A stretch of DNA of 64,000 nt from Mobula hypostoma. Taxonomy: Eukaryota. The notes beneath the pieces were generated by a model, which had not been told where the DNA came from, made no database searches, and was given only the letters and a program-made list of their open reading frames with translations. The stretch is taken from assembly GCF_963921235.1 (NCBI RefSeq), contig NC_086097.1:222396001-222460000 (forward strand), in the 5' to 3' direction. The translations under genes were made by a program, and so were the position numbers. Below are positions 63,480 to 64,000 of this stretch, piece after piece (the first letter of the stretch is position 1; the number at the start of each line of letters is the position of its first letter).

Positions 63480-64000
63480 AGAATAGTACCGCATATTACA
63501 GGCCCTTCGGCCCACAATGTTGTGCCAACCCTTAAACCTTGCCTCCCATATAACCCCCCACCTTAAATTCCTCCATATACCTGTATAGTAGTCTCTTAAA
63601 TTTCACTAATGTATCTGCCTCCACCACTGACTCAGGCAGTGCATTCCACGCACCAACCACTCTATGAGTAAGAAACCTTCCTCTAATACCCCCCTTGAAC
63701 TTCCCACCCCTTACCTTAAAGCCAAGTCCTCTTGTATTGAGCAGTGGTGCCCTGGGGAAGAGGCACTGGCTGTCCACTCTATCTGTCCCTCTTAATATTT
63801 TGTACACTTCTATCATGTCTCCTCTCATCCTCCTTCTCTCCAAAGAGTAAAGCCCCAGCTCCCTTAATCTCTGATCATAATCCATATTCTCTAAACCAGG
63901 CAACATCCTGGTAACTCTCCTCTGTACCCTTTACAATGCTTCCACATCCTTCCTATAGTGAGGCGACCAGAACTGGACACAGTACTCCAAATGTGGCCTA
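63480..64000 (-). mobile_element. Young CR1 3' end, runs off the window edge
   Basis: MLPGLENMDYDQRLRELGLYSLERRRMRGDMIEVYKI...; near-identical to 13742-14232. Confidence 0.92.

Noticed and set aside
1..64000. Prokaryote-type systems (CRISPR array, operon, retron or other defence RT)
   Set aside because: No regularly spaced repeat-spacer array and no intact gene cluster. All RT fragments belong to eukaryotic retroelements.

Overview
This is eukaryotic, vertebrate-type, repeat-dense non-coding DNA, and I can support no host protein-coding gene. The repeat mix is CR1 LINEs with an SGNH-esterase ORF1, Rex1/Babar LINEs, Penelope-like elements (PLEs), tRNA-derived HE1/V-SINE-like SINEs, Tc1-like and MITE-like DNA elements, and solo LTRs. 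That mix resembles a cartilaginous fish, probably a ray (inference). Nearly all ORFs in the track are decayed transposon fragments or their antisense shadows. The main object is a near-full-length, decayed Hero-clade (R2-group, restriction-like endonuclease) non-LTR retrotransposon at 54620-59270 (minus). It is split by a CR1 insertion, is joined head-to-tail to the 3' end of a second, diverged copy, and ends in a ~120-nt pseudoknot-compatible RNA structure present in both copies. Other notable structure: minimal hammerhead ribozyme motifs in PLE termini; seven PLE inverted insertions with target-site duplications (TSDs) and two fixed ends; a CR1 with twin-priming-type 5' inversion; a hairpin plus (CCCTAA)4 scar; and an LTR>LTR>CR1 nest. 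I do not see a new multi-gene system. Family names come from motif recognition by eye, not from database searches.
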